DNA of 64,000 nt from Mobula hypostoma (Eukaryota): assembly GCF_963921235.1 (NCBI RefSeq), contig NC_086101.1, forward strand, positions 8,930,001 through 8,994,000, read 5' to 3'. The first letter of the stretch is position 1. Each line of letters opens with the position of its first letter. Below the pieces are notes generated by a model. The model had not been told where the DNA came from. It was given only the letters and a program-made list of their open reading frames with translations, and ran no database searches. Positions 11,716-24,852 of this stretch are shown one piece after another. Position numbers and translations under genes: made by a program.

Positions 11716-13282
11716 TCCCTTGTCCTGCCTCAATGCACTATTGTAATGGTTTGACCTGCAGAAGCATCGGGCAGAAGATACGAAAGCCCGTCCCACCAGG
11801 GTGAAAGACAGCTTCCAGCCCACTGTCCTCAGACTCTTGAACGGACCTCTTGCGGAAGAAGATCGATTCTCGGCACTTTATCTTTTACTTGCACCGCACT
11901 CTTTCAGTAGCTGCGACCCTTTATTCTGCATTCCAGTGAGATGGCGGTGCACTCAGACGCAACGGCCTCTCCGGGGACAACCAAAGGTGGTTTGTCTTTC
12001 TTTAATGTATTTTTTATGATCGCAAGCCAAGCTGGACATTAAGAACTGCACGTCAACCCCATCAGTGAGCTGCTCGTTGGTGGAGGAGCTGGACTTGGCG
12101 TGTTATTGTCTGCTGCAGAAAGGCTTTGGAGTCAGTGCAGGAAGGCAGGATGTACTCTAACAGCGAGTGATTGCCTGCGATGTTTTACTTCAGATCACAA
12201 AACCCTGTTGGACGTTGGCAGTGTACGACACTGCCAGTCCATTTCCCTTGCTTATTGGTGAGACAGGTGGCAGGGAGCTGTGTGGCCTCCGTTGTAGTGA
12301 TGTCGAGGCCTCAAGCTGCGGGCTCGCCTTTTACACCAGTCCAGGAGAGGAAACAGCGAAGGCAGTGTCACGCGGCATCCCTGGGGTTCGGGGTTGGCCT
12401 GCCCGTAAGACCGTACGGTGTATTAAAGGCACCTTGTTGCTCCTGGTTTCCTGCCCCTCGAGTAGCAGAGTAGCCCTGACAGTGCATGCACATTGGGAAA
12501 ATGGTTCGTCATTGTCACAGGTATTGTGCTATTTAAGACCATAAGGTGTATTGAAGGCACCTTGTTGCTCCTGGTTTCCTGCCCCTCGACATAGGTTGTC
12601 CTATGGAAATGGCCTTCTGAGTCCTTTCAGAGTAACCCTGGCAGTGCATGTTGTAGACAGTGCATGCACATTGGTATAATAGTTTGTCGTTGTCACAGGT
12701 ACGGAGGTACAGTGAAATACTTTGTTTTGCATGCCTTCCCTACAGATTATTTCATCACATCAGTGCATTGAAGGAATGCAAGGGAAAAGCAGTAACGGAT
12801 TGCAGAATAAAGTGTTACAGTGACAGGGAAAGTGCAGTGCAGGAAGACAATGAAGAGTGTGAACATAACCAGGTAGACGGGTGAGATCAGTAGTCCGTCC
12901 ATCATACTCTGGCAATATTCAGCAGAACAACACACAGAACAACAATGAAACAATACAAGGCAACAGGGAAACAACATCATCCCTTGTCTCTCTGTAGTTT
13001 TACAAAATATGGTTGGCTTTACAGCTTGATCCATGTGACTTTTCATGTTCTTTGTGCAGTCGGTCAGACTGACTGACCCACTTTTCAGGGAGATGAAGGC
13101 TTTTCACCTCAGGATGTCCTGGCTGCTTCTTTACCCTGAGACCCACAATACGACCGCACATATCGTACTGGTTTGGGCATCTCCCTCAGAGGGTGTCACA
13201 GAACGGAAAACAGAAATTTGGGTAAGTACCTGGATGCGGAGTATGGGGGGCTATGGTCCAGGTGCAGTTTGCTGCAACTAAG

Positions 13283-14570
13283 CATAAGACCATAAGACAT
13301 AGGAGCAGAATTAGGCTATTTGGCCCATCAAGTCTCCTCTGCTATTCAATCATGGTTGATCCTTTATTCCCCTCCTCAGCCCCACTCCCTGTAACCTTTG
13401 ATTTTGTGGCCAATCAAGAATCTATCAACGCTGCCTTAAATACACCCAACGGCCTGGCCTCCACAGCGGCCTGTGGTAACAAATTCCACAAATTCACAGC
13501 CCTCTGGTTAAAGAAGTTTCTTTGCATGTTTTAAATGGACACCCCTCTATTCTGAGTCTGTGCTCTCTTGTCCTAGACTCTCCCTCCAAGGGAAACATCC
13601 TTTCCACATTGACTCTGTCTACACCTTTCAATATTCAAAATGTTTCAATGAGATCTCCTCTCATCTTTCTAAATTCCTGTGAGTACAGACCCAGAGTCAT
13701 CAAACGTTCCTGTATCATTCCTGGAATCATCCTTGTGAACCTCCTCTGGTCCCTCTCCAATGCCAGCACATCCTTTCTCAGATGAGAAGCCCAAAATTGT
13801 TGACAATGCTCAAGGTGAGGTCTCACCAGTGCCTTATAAAACCTCAGCATCACATCCCTGCTCTTGTATTCCTGAATGTGCTTTCCATCACCGACTCAAC
13901 CTGCAAGTTAACATTTAGCATGTTCTGTAGAAGGACTCAAGTTCCTTTGCATCTCAGATTTTTGGATTTTGCCCCGTTTACAAAATAGTCTGCACATTTA
14001 TTTCTACTACCAAAGTGCATAACCATGCATTTTTGAACATTGTATTTCACTGTAATTTGGTATTTTCATGCCCATTTCCCTATCCTGTCTTAGTCCTTCT
14101 GCAGCCTGCCTGTTTTCTCAACACTACCTGCCCCTCCACCAGTCTTCAGGTCATCTGCAGACTTGGCAACAAAGCCACCTATTCCATCATCTATCCCACT
14201 TGTAATCTCCTCAAAGAATTCTAACAGGCTCGTCAGGTACAACTTTTCCTTAAGGAAACCATTCTGACTTTGTCCTATCTAGTCCTGTGTCATCAAGTAC
14301 TCCATAACTTCCTCCTTAAAAATTGACTCCATCATCTTCCCAGGCACTGAGGTCAGGCTACCGTTTCTATAATTTCCTTTCTGCTACCTTCCTTCTCTCT
14401 AAAAGGGTGATGTGATATTTGCAAATTTCCAGTCCTCTGGCACCATGCTGGAGTCCAATGATTTTTGAACAATCATTGTTGACTCCACGATTTCTACTGC
14501 GACCTCTTTCAGACCCGCAGAGTGCAGTTCATCTGGTCTGGGTGACTTATATACCCTCAGGTCTTTCAGA
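13283..14570 (-). mobile_element. Degenerate CR1 3' portion
   Basis: ORF 13635..13853 (LVRPHLEHC..W, RRFTRMIPG, RGDLIETF) and a (cataaga)n tail at ~13283. Confidence 0.85.
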
Positions 14571-14719
14571 ATAATCGTTCATTACAGAATATATGGACTG
14601 AGGGCCTATTTCTGTTGCTGTGCTGTAGTGAGACTGCAAGATATAGTAGCAGAATTACGCCATTTGGCCATGGAGTCTGCTCCACCATTTCATCACGGCT
14701 GATCAATTTTCCCCTCGTT

Positions 14720-15250
14720 GTCCTGACAGTCACCCAGTTACCTGTCCTCTGTAATCAAGAGGTGACTACCTCCCTGTAGCTCCTGTCTATCCCCTCCTCA
14801 TCCTCCTGTATGAGTCGAAGGTCATCGAGCTGCAGCTCCAGTTCCTTAGTACGTTCCGTGAGGAGCTGCAGCTCGGTGCACCTGGTGCCGATGTGGTTAT
14901 CCAGGAGACTGGAGGTCTCCCAGATTTCCCACATCTCACACTCAGTTCAAAACTGGAGTACTCTGGAGTCATTCTCACTGCAGTATTATGCCCAAACAGT
15001 CGAGGAATGAATACGTAAGAACAAAAAGGGAAAGTTACCAGATAGTTTACTTCACCCAAGCCTGATCTCGCTGAAGCCAGACGAGCCAAAGTCACTCTAA
15101 ACACTTGCACAATGAAAAGAATTGCCACTCTGTTTGCAATTGTGTTATTTGTATTTGCTTTTTGGAATGAATCCCACTTGGTGATTGGTCGCAGTCCAAC
15201 GCTGAGAAACTGCCACAAAGCTCTGCCTTTTAAATGTCGATTGCGGACCT
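14720..15250 (-). mobile_element. CR1 5' fragment (5' UTR + ORF1 zinc-finger/coiled-coil region)
   Basis: Similar to the ORF1 start of the CR1s at 21283-21618 and 49847-50125. Confidence 0.6.
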
Positions 15251-15259
15251 GGTTGTATA

Positions 15260-15800
15260 ACAGAATCACGTTTATTATCGCCAGCATGTGATGTGAAATT
15301 TGTTAACTTAGCAGCAGCAGTTCAATGCAATATATAATTTAGCTGAAAGAGAGAGAGAGAGAAAAATAAGACATTATAATAAATAAGTAATTCGATTATG
15401 TATATTCAATAGATTTTTTAAAATGTGCGAAAACAGAAATACTGTATATTAAAAAATTGAGGTAGTGTCCAAACCTTCAACGTCCATTAAGGAATCGGAT
15501 GGCAGAGAGGAAGAAGCTGTTACTGAATCACTGAGTGTGTGCCTTCAGGCTTCTGTACCTCCTACCTGATGGTAACAGTGAGAAAAGGGCATGCCCTGGG
15601 TGCTGGAGATCCTTAATAATGGACGGTGCCTTTCTGAGACACAGCTCCCTAAAGATGTCCTTGGTACTTTGTAGGCTAGTACCCAAGATGGAGCTGACTA
15701 GATTTATAACCTTCTGCAGCTTCTTTCGGTCCTGTGCAATAGCCCCTGCATACCAGACAGTGATGCAGCCGGTCAGAATGCTCTCTACAGTACAACTATA
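15260..15800 (-). mobile_element. Rex1/Babar-type LINE 3' end
   Basis: Closely matches 3346-3860 (aatcacgtttattatc.. to ..gtcagaatgctctc). Confidence 0.8.
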
Positions 15801-16094
15801 TGTACAACGAAACGTGGCTCTCTTAATGCATTCCTGCTGATTGATTGGTCGCAGTCCAACATTGTCGTGCTCTATGACTCAATGCTTTTATGAGGAAGAG
15901 AGTCGAGTACTCGAGGGCACAGTCACAGATTAAAGGGATGTATCTTTAGACTGAAGATGGGGAAGAATTATTTTTCAGACTGATTGTGGTGAATCTGTGA
16001 AATTCCTTGCCTCAGAGGGCTGTGGAGGCCAAGTCAGTGGGTGGACTTTGGAGATTGGAGTCCAATGCTGGCGTTCTCTGAAAGCAAATTTGTG

Positions 16095-16290
16095 CATTCC
16101 TTCCTGTGTGTGTGTGGGTTTCCTCTGGGTGATCCGGTTTCCTCCCACAGTGTGGGGATCTACCAGTTAATTGGTTAATTGTCATTGTAAGTTGTCCAGT
16201 GATTAGGCCGGGGTTAGGTAGGTGGTTTGCTGGGCAGTGGAGCTTGTTGGGCTGGAAGGGTGTGTTATGTGCTGTATATCTAATCAAAAT
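16095..16290 (+). mobile_element. V-SINE fragment (similar copies on minus at ~24090-24300 and ~43990-44100)
   Basis: V-domain-like motif gtgggtttcctctgggtgatccggtttcctcccaca. Confidence 0.6.
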
Positions 16291-17614
16291 TTAAAAAAAG
16301 TAACTATCACTGACATGTTGTTTTGCAGTAGCGGTACAGAATAACAGATATACATTATATAAATTTCAAGAAGAAATGTACACAGAAAATTAAATTAAAT
16401 TAAAGTGAAAGGGGAAAGCAGAAAAGAGATCAAGGTCGGTTTTTGATCGATGAGGGGTGGTTAAGGGCAACGGAGAATGGGGAAACGAGGGAAGCCAAAA
16501 TCAGCCAGAATTGAGTGGTGGAACAAACTCGATGGGCCAAATAGTCTAATTCGGCCCCTGTATCTTGCTGTCTGATGGAGTGTGGGAAGCACGACATGGG
16601 ATTAGTTGGTGCTTGATGGTCGGTGTGGAATTGCTGGGCTCAGGACCTGTGTGCAGATGCTGGAAATTTGAAAGACAGTAAGCAAACCCTGTGTGCAGCA
16701 TGTCAAGATGTGGTCTAACCAATGGCCTACATAACTGAAGGAAATATCTCACTTTTTTGCATCCATTTCTGTTGGGCAGGTAAATGACAGATAAAGATGA
16801 TGTTTCGTATGAAAAGAGACAGTCAGATAGAAATGCAAACCACACTGGTAAATAAAGACTTTGGCCTGCTGATTGTCAGGAATATAACACCTTCAGTGGT
16901 TTCACAGAAAAGGTGCATCATTTATACTATCTGTGGTTATGTGTCTGTGATGCTGCTGCGATGGAGTTTTCACTGTACTAGTACCTTGCTGCTCTTGATA
17001 TTGAACTAAACTAGAGAAAATTGCCCAGCTTTTCACATCACAGACATCCCGTGTCCACTGGGCTGGAGCTGGAGGTCTGTGCTGGGGTTAAAGACTGTGT
17101 TTGTACGAGGGAGGAATGAGGCTTCTTCTTGCTGTTGTTTTGTTGCTTGTTGTGTTCCGTGTTGCTCTGCCGGCCATTGTGGGCATGCTGTCTTGGCACT
17201 GGTATGTGTGGCGACACTTGTCCCCAGCACTCTCTTGGCTGCGCTGGTAGTTAATGCAAACGATGCATGTCACTGTATGCTTTGATGTAGGAGAGTCCCC
17301 CGTTGATTGGTGACTACCGTGAATGATGCGTTCTGGCTATCTACAGGGTATACACAAGGCAGGGCAACAAAATACGGAGAGTAAGGTGGTGTCTCTCTAT
17401 CAGGCTCCGCCGCTGATCGATCCAAAACTACAGCAGAGACCAATACAGGTTGGCACCAGCAGTGTTGCAGGAGTTGCCAGTTTGCACTGAACTCAGCGCA
17501 GGCCTGTCTTTGGGACATCATCTCCAGATTTTTCCTCGAGGTTTGCTCCCAAAGCCTTCTCTGTGCGTAGTTGTAGCCTCAAGGCAGCGGAGGTTTCAGA
17601 TCGGAGTTTTCCTT

Positions 17615-20600
17615 AGACCATAAGACAAAGCAGCAGAAGTAGGCCATTCGGCCCATCGAGTCTGCTCCGCCATTTTATCATAAGCTGATCCATTCTCCTA
17701 TTTAGTCCCACTCCCCCGCCTTCTCATCATAACCTTTGATGCCCTGGCTACTCAGATACCTATCAATCTCTGCCTTAAGTACACCCAATGACTTGGCCTT
17801 CAATGCTGCCCGTGGCAACAAACTCCATAGATTCACCATCCACTGACTAAAAAAAAATTCTTCGCATTTCTGTTCTGAAAGGGTGCCTGTCAATCCTTAA
17901 GTCATGCCCTCTCGTACTAGACTCCCCCATCATGGGAAACAACTTTGCCACATCCACTCTGTCCATGCCTCTTAACATTCGAAATATTTCTATGAGGTCT
18001 CCCCTCATTCTTCTAAACTCCAAGGAATACAGTCCAAAAGTGGACAAACGTTCCTCATATGTTAACCCTCTCATTCCCGGAATCATTCTAGTGAATCTTC
18101 TCTGTACCCTCTTCAAATTCAGCAAATCCTTTCTTAATTAAGGAGCCCAAATCTGCCCACAGTACTCCAAGTGAGGTCTCACCAGCGCCTAATAGAGCCT
18201 CAACATCACATCCCTGCTCCTATACTCTATTCCTCTAGAAATGAATGCCAACATTGCATTCGCCTTCTTCACTACTGATTCAACCTGGAGGTTAACTTTA
18301 AGGGTATCCTGTACGAGGACTCCCAAGTCCCGTTGCATCTCAGAACTTTGAATTCTTTCCCCATTTAAATAATAGTCTGCCCGTTTATTTTTTCTGCCAA
18401 AGTGCATAACCATACAGTTTCCAACATTGTACTTCATTTGCCACTTCTCTGCCCATTCTTCCAATTTATCCAAGTCTCTCTGCAGACTCTCCGTTTCCTC
18501 AGCACTACTGGCCCCTCCACCTATCTTCGTATCGTCAGCAAACTTAGCCACAAAGCCATCTATTCCATAATCCAAATCGTTGAAGTACAATGTAAAAAGA
18601 AGCGGCCCCAACACTGATCCCTGTGGAACACCACTGGTAACCGGCAGCCAACCAGAATAGGATCCCTTTATTCCCACTCTTTGTTTCCTGCCAATCAGCC
18701 AACACTCTATCCACGTATGTAACTTTCCCGTAATTCCTTGGGCTCTTATCTTGTTAAGTAGCCTCATTTGTGGCACCTTGTCAAAGGCCTTCTGAAAATC
18801 CAAATATACAACATCCACTGCATCTCCCTTGTCTAGCCTACTGGTAATTTCCTCAAAAAATTGTAATAGGTTTGTCAGGCAGGATTTTCCTTTAAGAAAT
18901 CCATGCTGAGTTCTGCCTATCTTGTCATATGCCTCCAGGAACTCTGTAACCTCATCCTTGACAATCGACTCCAACAACTTCCCAATCACCGACGTCAAGC
19001 TAACAGGTCTATAATTTCCCTTTTGCTTCCTTGCCCCCTTCTTAAATAGCGGAGTGACATTTGCAATCTTCCAGTCCTCTGGAACAATGCCAGAATGTAT
19101 TGACTTTTCAAAGATCATCGCTAATGCCTCCGCAATCGCCACAGCTACTTCCTTCAGAACACGAGGGTGCATTCCATCTGGTCCAGGAGATTTATCTATC
19201 TTTAGCCTATTCAGCTTCCTGAGTACCTTCTCTGTCGTAATTGTGACTGCGCACACTTCTCTTCCCTGCCACCCCTGAGTGTCTGGTATGCTGCTGTCTT
19301 CCTCAGTGAAGACTGATGCAAAATACTTGTTCAGTTCCTCTGCCATCTCCTCATCTCCCATTACAATTTCTCCAGCATCATTTTCTATCGGTTCTATATC
19401 TACTCTCACCTGTCTTTTACTCTTTATATACTTGAAAAAGCTTTTAGTATCCTCTTCGATATTATTTGCTAGCTTCCTTTCATAGTTAATCTTTTCTCTC
19501 TTAATGACCTTCTTGGTTTCCTTTTGTAAGGTTTTAAAAACTTCCCAATCCTCTCTCTTCCCACTAATTTTTGCTTCCTTGTATGCCCTCTTTGCTTTAA
19601 CTTTGGCTTTCACTTCTCTTGTCAACCACGTTTGCATCCTCTTTCAACTCGAAAATTTCTTCTTTTTTGGAATATACCTGTCTTGCACCTTCCTCATTTC
19701 TCGCATAAACTCCAGCCGCTGCTGCTCTGCTGCCTTTCCCGTCAGTGTCTCTTTCCAGTCAACTTTGGCCAGTTCCTCTCTCATGCCACTGTAATTTCCT
19801 TTACTCCATTGAAATACCGACACATCAGATTGTGGCTTCTCTTTTTCTAATTTCACAGTGAACTCTGTCATGTTATGATCACTGTCTCCTAAGGGTTCCT
19901 TCACCTCAATCTCTCCAATCACCTCCGGTTCATTACACAATACCCAATCCAATACAGCCGATCCCTTAGTGGGCTCAACAACAAGCTGTTCTAAAAAGCC
20001 ATCTCGCAGACATTCTACAAATTCTCTCTCTTGAGATCCAGTGCCGACCTGATTTTCCCAATCTACTCGCATGTTAAAATCCCCCACAATTATCATAACA
20101 CTGCCCTTCTGACAAGCCTTTTCTATTTCCAGTTGTACTTTATAGTCCACATCCCTGCAGCTGTTTGGAGGCCTATAAATAACTGCCATCAGGGTCCTTT
20201 TACCACTGCTATTTCTTAGCTCAACCCATAAAGATTCTGCACCTTCCGATCCTATATCACCTCTTTCTAATGATTTAATATCGTTTCTTAACAATAAAGC
20301 CACGCCTCCCCCTCTGCCTACCTTCCTATCCTTCCGATATACCGTGTATCCTCGGACGTTCACCTCCCAGAGACATGCATCCTTTAGCCAGGTTTCAGTG
20401 ATGGCCACAATATCATACCCGCCAATCTGTAGCTGTACAACAAGATCATCCACCTTATTCCTTCTGCTGCGTGCATATAAGTACAAGACCTTAAGACCAG
20501 TATTTGATACTTTTTGCTTTGATTTCACTGCAACTTTATTGCACTGCAACTCATCCCAATGGCTATAAATTTGCCCCATCACCTGCCTGTCTTTCCTGAC

Positions 20601-22038
20601 ATCTTCACTGCTCACTATCTTAGATTGATTTTTGTTTTCCCCTTCCTCCGCTCTATCATTCCGTTTCCCACCCCCGTGCCAAGTTAGTTTAAACCCTCCC
20701 TAACAGCTCTATTAATCTTTCCCACCGGGATATTGGTTCCCTTCTGGTTCAGGTGTAACCTGTCCTTTTTGAACAGGTCATACTTCCCCCAGAAGAAATC
20801 CCAACTATCCATGAATCTGAAGCCCTGCCCCCTACACCAGTCTCTCAGCAACGCATTCACCTGCCTGATCCGACTACTCTTGCCCTCGCTAGCACGTGGC
20901 ACAGGTAGCAATCCCGAGATTACTACCCTGGAGGTCCTGCTTCTCAGCTTCTTTCCTAACTCCTGGAAACCTCTCTTCAGGACCTCCTCCTTTGTCCTAT
21001 CTATGTCATTGGTACCAACATGTACCAAGACAACTGGCTGCTCACCCTCCCCCTTTAGAATATTCAGGACCCGATCCGAGACATCCCGAACCCTGGCACC
21101 TGGGAGGCAACACACCTTGCGGGTATCTCTGTCAGGCTCACAGAATCTCCTGACTGTCCCCCTGACTATGGAATCCCGCACGACTGCCGCATTTCTCTTC
21201 TCCCTCCTTCTCTCCTGCACAACGGCGCCAGGCTCAGTGCTAGAGACCCGGTCACTGTGGGCGTCCCCCGTCAGGTCATCCCCTAAACAGCATCCAGAAC
21301 AAGATATTTGTTGCTGAGGGGCACAGCCACAGGTATGCTCTCCACTATCCGGGCATTTCCCTTCCCTCTCTTGACAGTGACCCAGTTTTCTGACCCCTGT
21401 AGCCTAGACATGACTACCTCCCTGTAGCTTCCGTCTATCTCCTCTTCACTTTCCCTGATAAGCTGTAGGTCATCAAGCTGTAGCTCCAGATCCCTAACAC
21501 GGTCTCTGAGGAGCTGCATCTCGGTGCACCGGGCGCAGATGTGGCCATCAGGGAGGCTGGAGGTATCCCGGGATTCCCACATCTGACACCCTGAACAAAG
21601 CACTAACCCTGCAGGCATTCTACAGGAATGAAACAGGAAAAATAAGTCTACTCACTCTCTTACCTCGCCAAACAGAAGAACTTTTTAAACCGTTAACTCG
21701 TACTGTTAGCTGTGAGAGCCCTGCTGTTCCTGTCTGTCCGGGCCGATTCGCGAAAGGGGTGGGGGAGGGGGTAGAAAAAAAAAGTTGGCGCTTCGCTCTC
21801 ACCTCTTCCCGTTTACCGCCGAAGCCCGTTGAGGCCAAAGCCCTACACTCTGCTCCCACTCACTCAGCTGCCCGCTGTATCGGGTGGTCTCCTTTTTAAA
21901 CTCTCCGCGCGGTCCTATTGACGTCACGTGCCTGCGCAGTCTCGCCCATCTTGGACTCAGAAGTTTTTTAAAAAACTGCCTTCCTTCAGAATTCAGCTCC
22001 CACGACGCTCTGTAGTCCCGATCCAAAGGGCCAAAGGA
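17615..22038 (-). mobile_element. Full-length CR1 LINE (defective): ORF1 zinc finger + SGNH esterase, ORF2 APE + RT
   Basis: ORF1 21283..21618 (CxxC..H.CxxC) and 20684..21220 (DSIVR, LPGA, HVGTND, D.LH). ORF2 19644..20615 (APE: ITETW, GDFN, SDH) and 18189..19637 (RT). Has 5' UTR and CR1 tail. Confidence 0.97.
21890..21945 (-). promoter_or_regulatory. Putative internal Pol II promoter of CR1 (NRF1-like GCGCA, E-box/CRE CACGTGACGTCA, TATA-like TTTAAAAA)
   Basis: Motifs appear in this order in the 5' UTR and are largely conserved in the sister copy at 25845-25890. Confidence 0.45.
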
Positions 22039-24469
22039 CCTTCTCCCATGTGCACCTCCAACCATGGCTGAGGATCCCCATTTTCCCAAACCGACTGGTT
22101 TAAGGCAGCAGTAACCCGTCTTTGCCCATTCTTCAGTCAGTAGCAGTGGCTCCATGGGATTAGTAGCCAAGGCAGGGAGCTTGACTTGGTTGTCAGAGGC
22201 TAATTGAGACACACACCATTGGTAGGTAGTGGGAGCTTACCACTGCACCCACCCCTGGCAATGACAACCTTAAGGAGACTGTTTTGATGTGCAGATGACA
22301 AATAAACTTCAATCTTCAATCTTGAATCTTGAATCCCTTTTCTTCTCTGCCGCCGAGACTGAAAATATTTCTCTTCGTCTCATCTCCGTTGTCGGTCCTT
22401 CAGCTTGAAATGTTAACCGGTTTCTTCTGCAGATTCTGTTTGACTGGCTGAGTCCGTCCAGCATTTCTGCTTTTCTCTCAATGTCTGCGGCTCCTTGTTC
22501 AGCAGCTTCAGCTGTCGTGAGCGACTTCTTGGAGTCTGACCTCAGGGTTACAGAGGGTCAGAGAGCCCCAGGATAGCAGCCTGCCTGGAAAGTGCACTCC
22601 CCATAAATGGTTAAAACATCACTCGTCTGGATTGGTTTCCGTCCTGACACGAGGTTTCAGAAACTCAGTAAAGATGCCGATCTGGTGGGATCTGAGTGGA
22701 GGTAGGTGCTTCTGCTCAAACAGAAAGTGGCATTATTCATTCCGTGTGACAGCCAGAGGAAACTTTGCAACTTGAAGATGGAAAATGCAGAAGGGCTACA
22801 TTTTCCCTTTCACACACCGAGCGATGGCATTCGGGAATCCCCTTCCACGTGACATTTACATCATTCCTGCTTTGCCTTCTGTCCCCTGAGGTCCCGTGGA
22901 AAGGAAGTGGGAAGAAGCCAGAATAAGAAGGTGAAGGCAGAAGCTGAGGGCGTGGAGAACGTGTGACAGGTGAGTCCAGGTGAGTGGGAAGGTGGGTGGT
23001 TTGGGGAGGTGGAGGGGTTGGTTGATGGAATAAGTTGTGGGGTGAAAGGTGGAAGAGGTAACGATCTGAAAAAGACGGAATCTGGTCAGAGAGGACACTG
23101 GTCCATGAAGACAGGGGAGGAGAAGGAGCACCAGAGGGAGATGATGGGCAGGTGAGGAGAAGAGAAAGGCTGAGAGTGTAACCAGAATGAGGAATGGAAA
23201 AGTAAGTTATTCTGGCTTCTGCCCCCTTCCTTTCCGGTCCTGATGAAGTGTCTCAGCTTAAAATGTCGACTGTTCATTCCTCTCTGTAAATTCTGCCTGA
23301 TCTGCTGAGTTGCTCCAGCATTTGTTTGTATTGCTCTGGATTTCCTGTATCTGCAGGATCTCTTGTGTTTAGGATGTGCATTGTGTTAGCATTGAACTCT
23401 GGAGTTAGTCATTAAACACAAGGCAATGTCGATTGTGCAATCAGTCCATCATCTGTCACTGAGGCCAGGAAAAAGTTCCTGAGCAATAACGAAACAGTTC
23501 TCAAACAAAACGCCCTGATAGGACTGGTAGATCACTTCAATTTTACACAGCAGGAGGTGCACTGGCTTGCAAGCAGCGAGCTACAATTTCTTTGTGGCTC
23601 TTTCAGAAGCCTGATCCCGTTTCCAGCGCAACTCTTGCCCTGACGCATGCGCTGGTGCTTGAGAGTGCAGGTTCGCTGTCGGACAGCGTGGGTTGGGGCG
23701 GGTTTGGTTTGGTGTCGGACCAATAGGATTGTCTGGGAGATTGTGAGCCAGGAAGTAGCTGTGCTCAGTCACTGTAACTGTTCTTGGGCAGTGATAGGTG
23801 ATGAATTGGTCATATCCTCTTCTAATTACACATCTCACATTGCAATGTTATTTATTGGCCGATTAATTGCAGTAGTCAGCATAAACACAGCTGGCCTGGA
23901 TACGTCTCCCTGATGCACCAGCATTTCTGAAGCGCCATTAAAAAAAGCAGAGCCCTGGAGTTGAGACAGCAGGGAAACAGTTCTTTGGGCCCAGCTCACC
24001 CATGCCAACCGAGTCCTGATGCGCCGACAATCCTTACCGTCCCTGAGATCAGAATCAGAATTCTTATTTTTGTATGACTATTTCCAGATACAGCACCGAT
24101 CAGGCGCTTCTGGCCCGACAAGCTGCACCACACAGCGACCCTCCGACTTAACCCTGAACAATTTACAATACCTCATTAACCTACGTACTGGTACATCTTT
24201 GGAATGTGGGAGGAAACAGGAGCACCTGGAGGAAACTCACACAGTCACAGGATGGATGCACAAACTTCTTAAAGACAACATCAGAAATGAACTCTGAACT
24301 CTGATGCGCCGAGCTGCAACACAACCGTGATCTCTCTGGGGTTTTTTTGTAGTTTCCGATTTCTGAAGTATTCTTCAGCTTCTTACTGTTTCTTTCCCCA
24401 CATGCTCTGAGCTGTTGAGAGTTTCCACTGTTCACTAATCTAGTTTTCAGAATCAGACTGATTATCATG

Positions 24470-24505
24470 AGTCCTGACGAAGGGTCTCGGCCCGAAACGT
24501 TGACT
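24470..24505 (+). ncRNA. Minimal type I hammerhead ribozyme motif in a Penelope-like pLTR remnant
   Basis: agtc-CTGACGA-a-gggt(ctcg)gccc-GAAA-CGTT-gact: intact core, stem I agtc/gact, stem II gggt/gccc, palindromic ACGT stem III. Confidence 0.7.
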
Positions 24506-24852
24506 GTTCGTTTCCACGGATGCAGCCCGAGCTGCTGAGTTCCTCCAGCGTGTTTTGCGTGTTACTGGAAAGTAAATGCAGTAAGAAGCACCGGCGCTTT
24601 GCGTGCTACCACCACTTGTCCCACTTACACTGTATTAGTGAGGGTGGACTTTAGCACCCGGGGGAGCCGGGGAGCTCAGGACCCGCCGCCCGCTGCTGCT
24701 GCCGAATCCGTGGCGTTTCAGTTCCGTTGACGGATGCAGTGAAAGAGTTAAAATCAAAGGATCGATAATTCTCACATCTTGTTTATTTCACTCTCCGCAC
24801 ATTTATATTTGCAATGGCTTACTCCTGACGCCGGTCCCGTGACCCGACCCTT

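Larger units (their letters stand above)
17295..22260 (-). mobile_element. RTE-like 5'-UTR remnant split by the CR1 at 17615-22038
   Basis: The two halves join as ..ggagttttcctt|CR1|ccttctccc..ccaaccatggctga.., with cctt duplicated at 17611-17614 and 22039-22042. Family assignment is by recall only. Confidence 0.5.

Noticed and set aside
13060..13221. Plus-strand 162-nt exon candidate (tgtgcag|..TGG|gtaagt, open in phase 0)
   Set aside because: The peptide is not recognisable and the donor appears to come from a CR1 3' fragment. Unsupported without RNA data.
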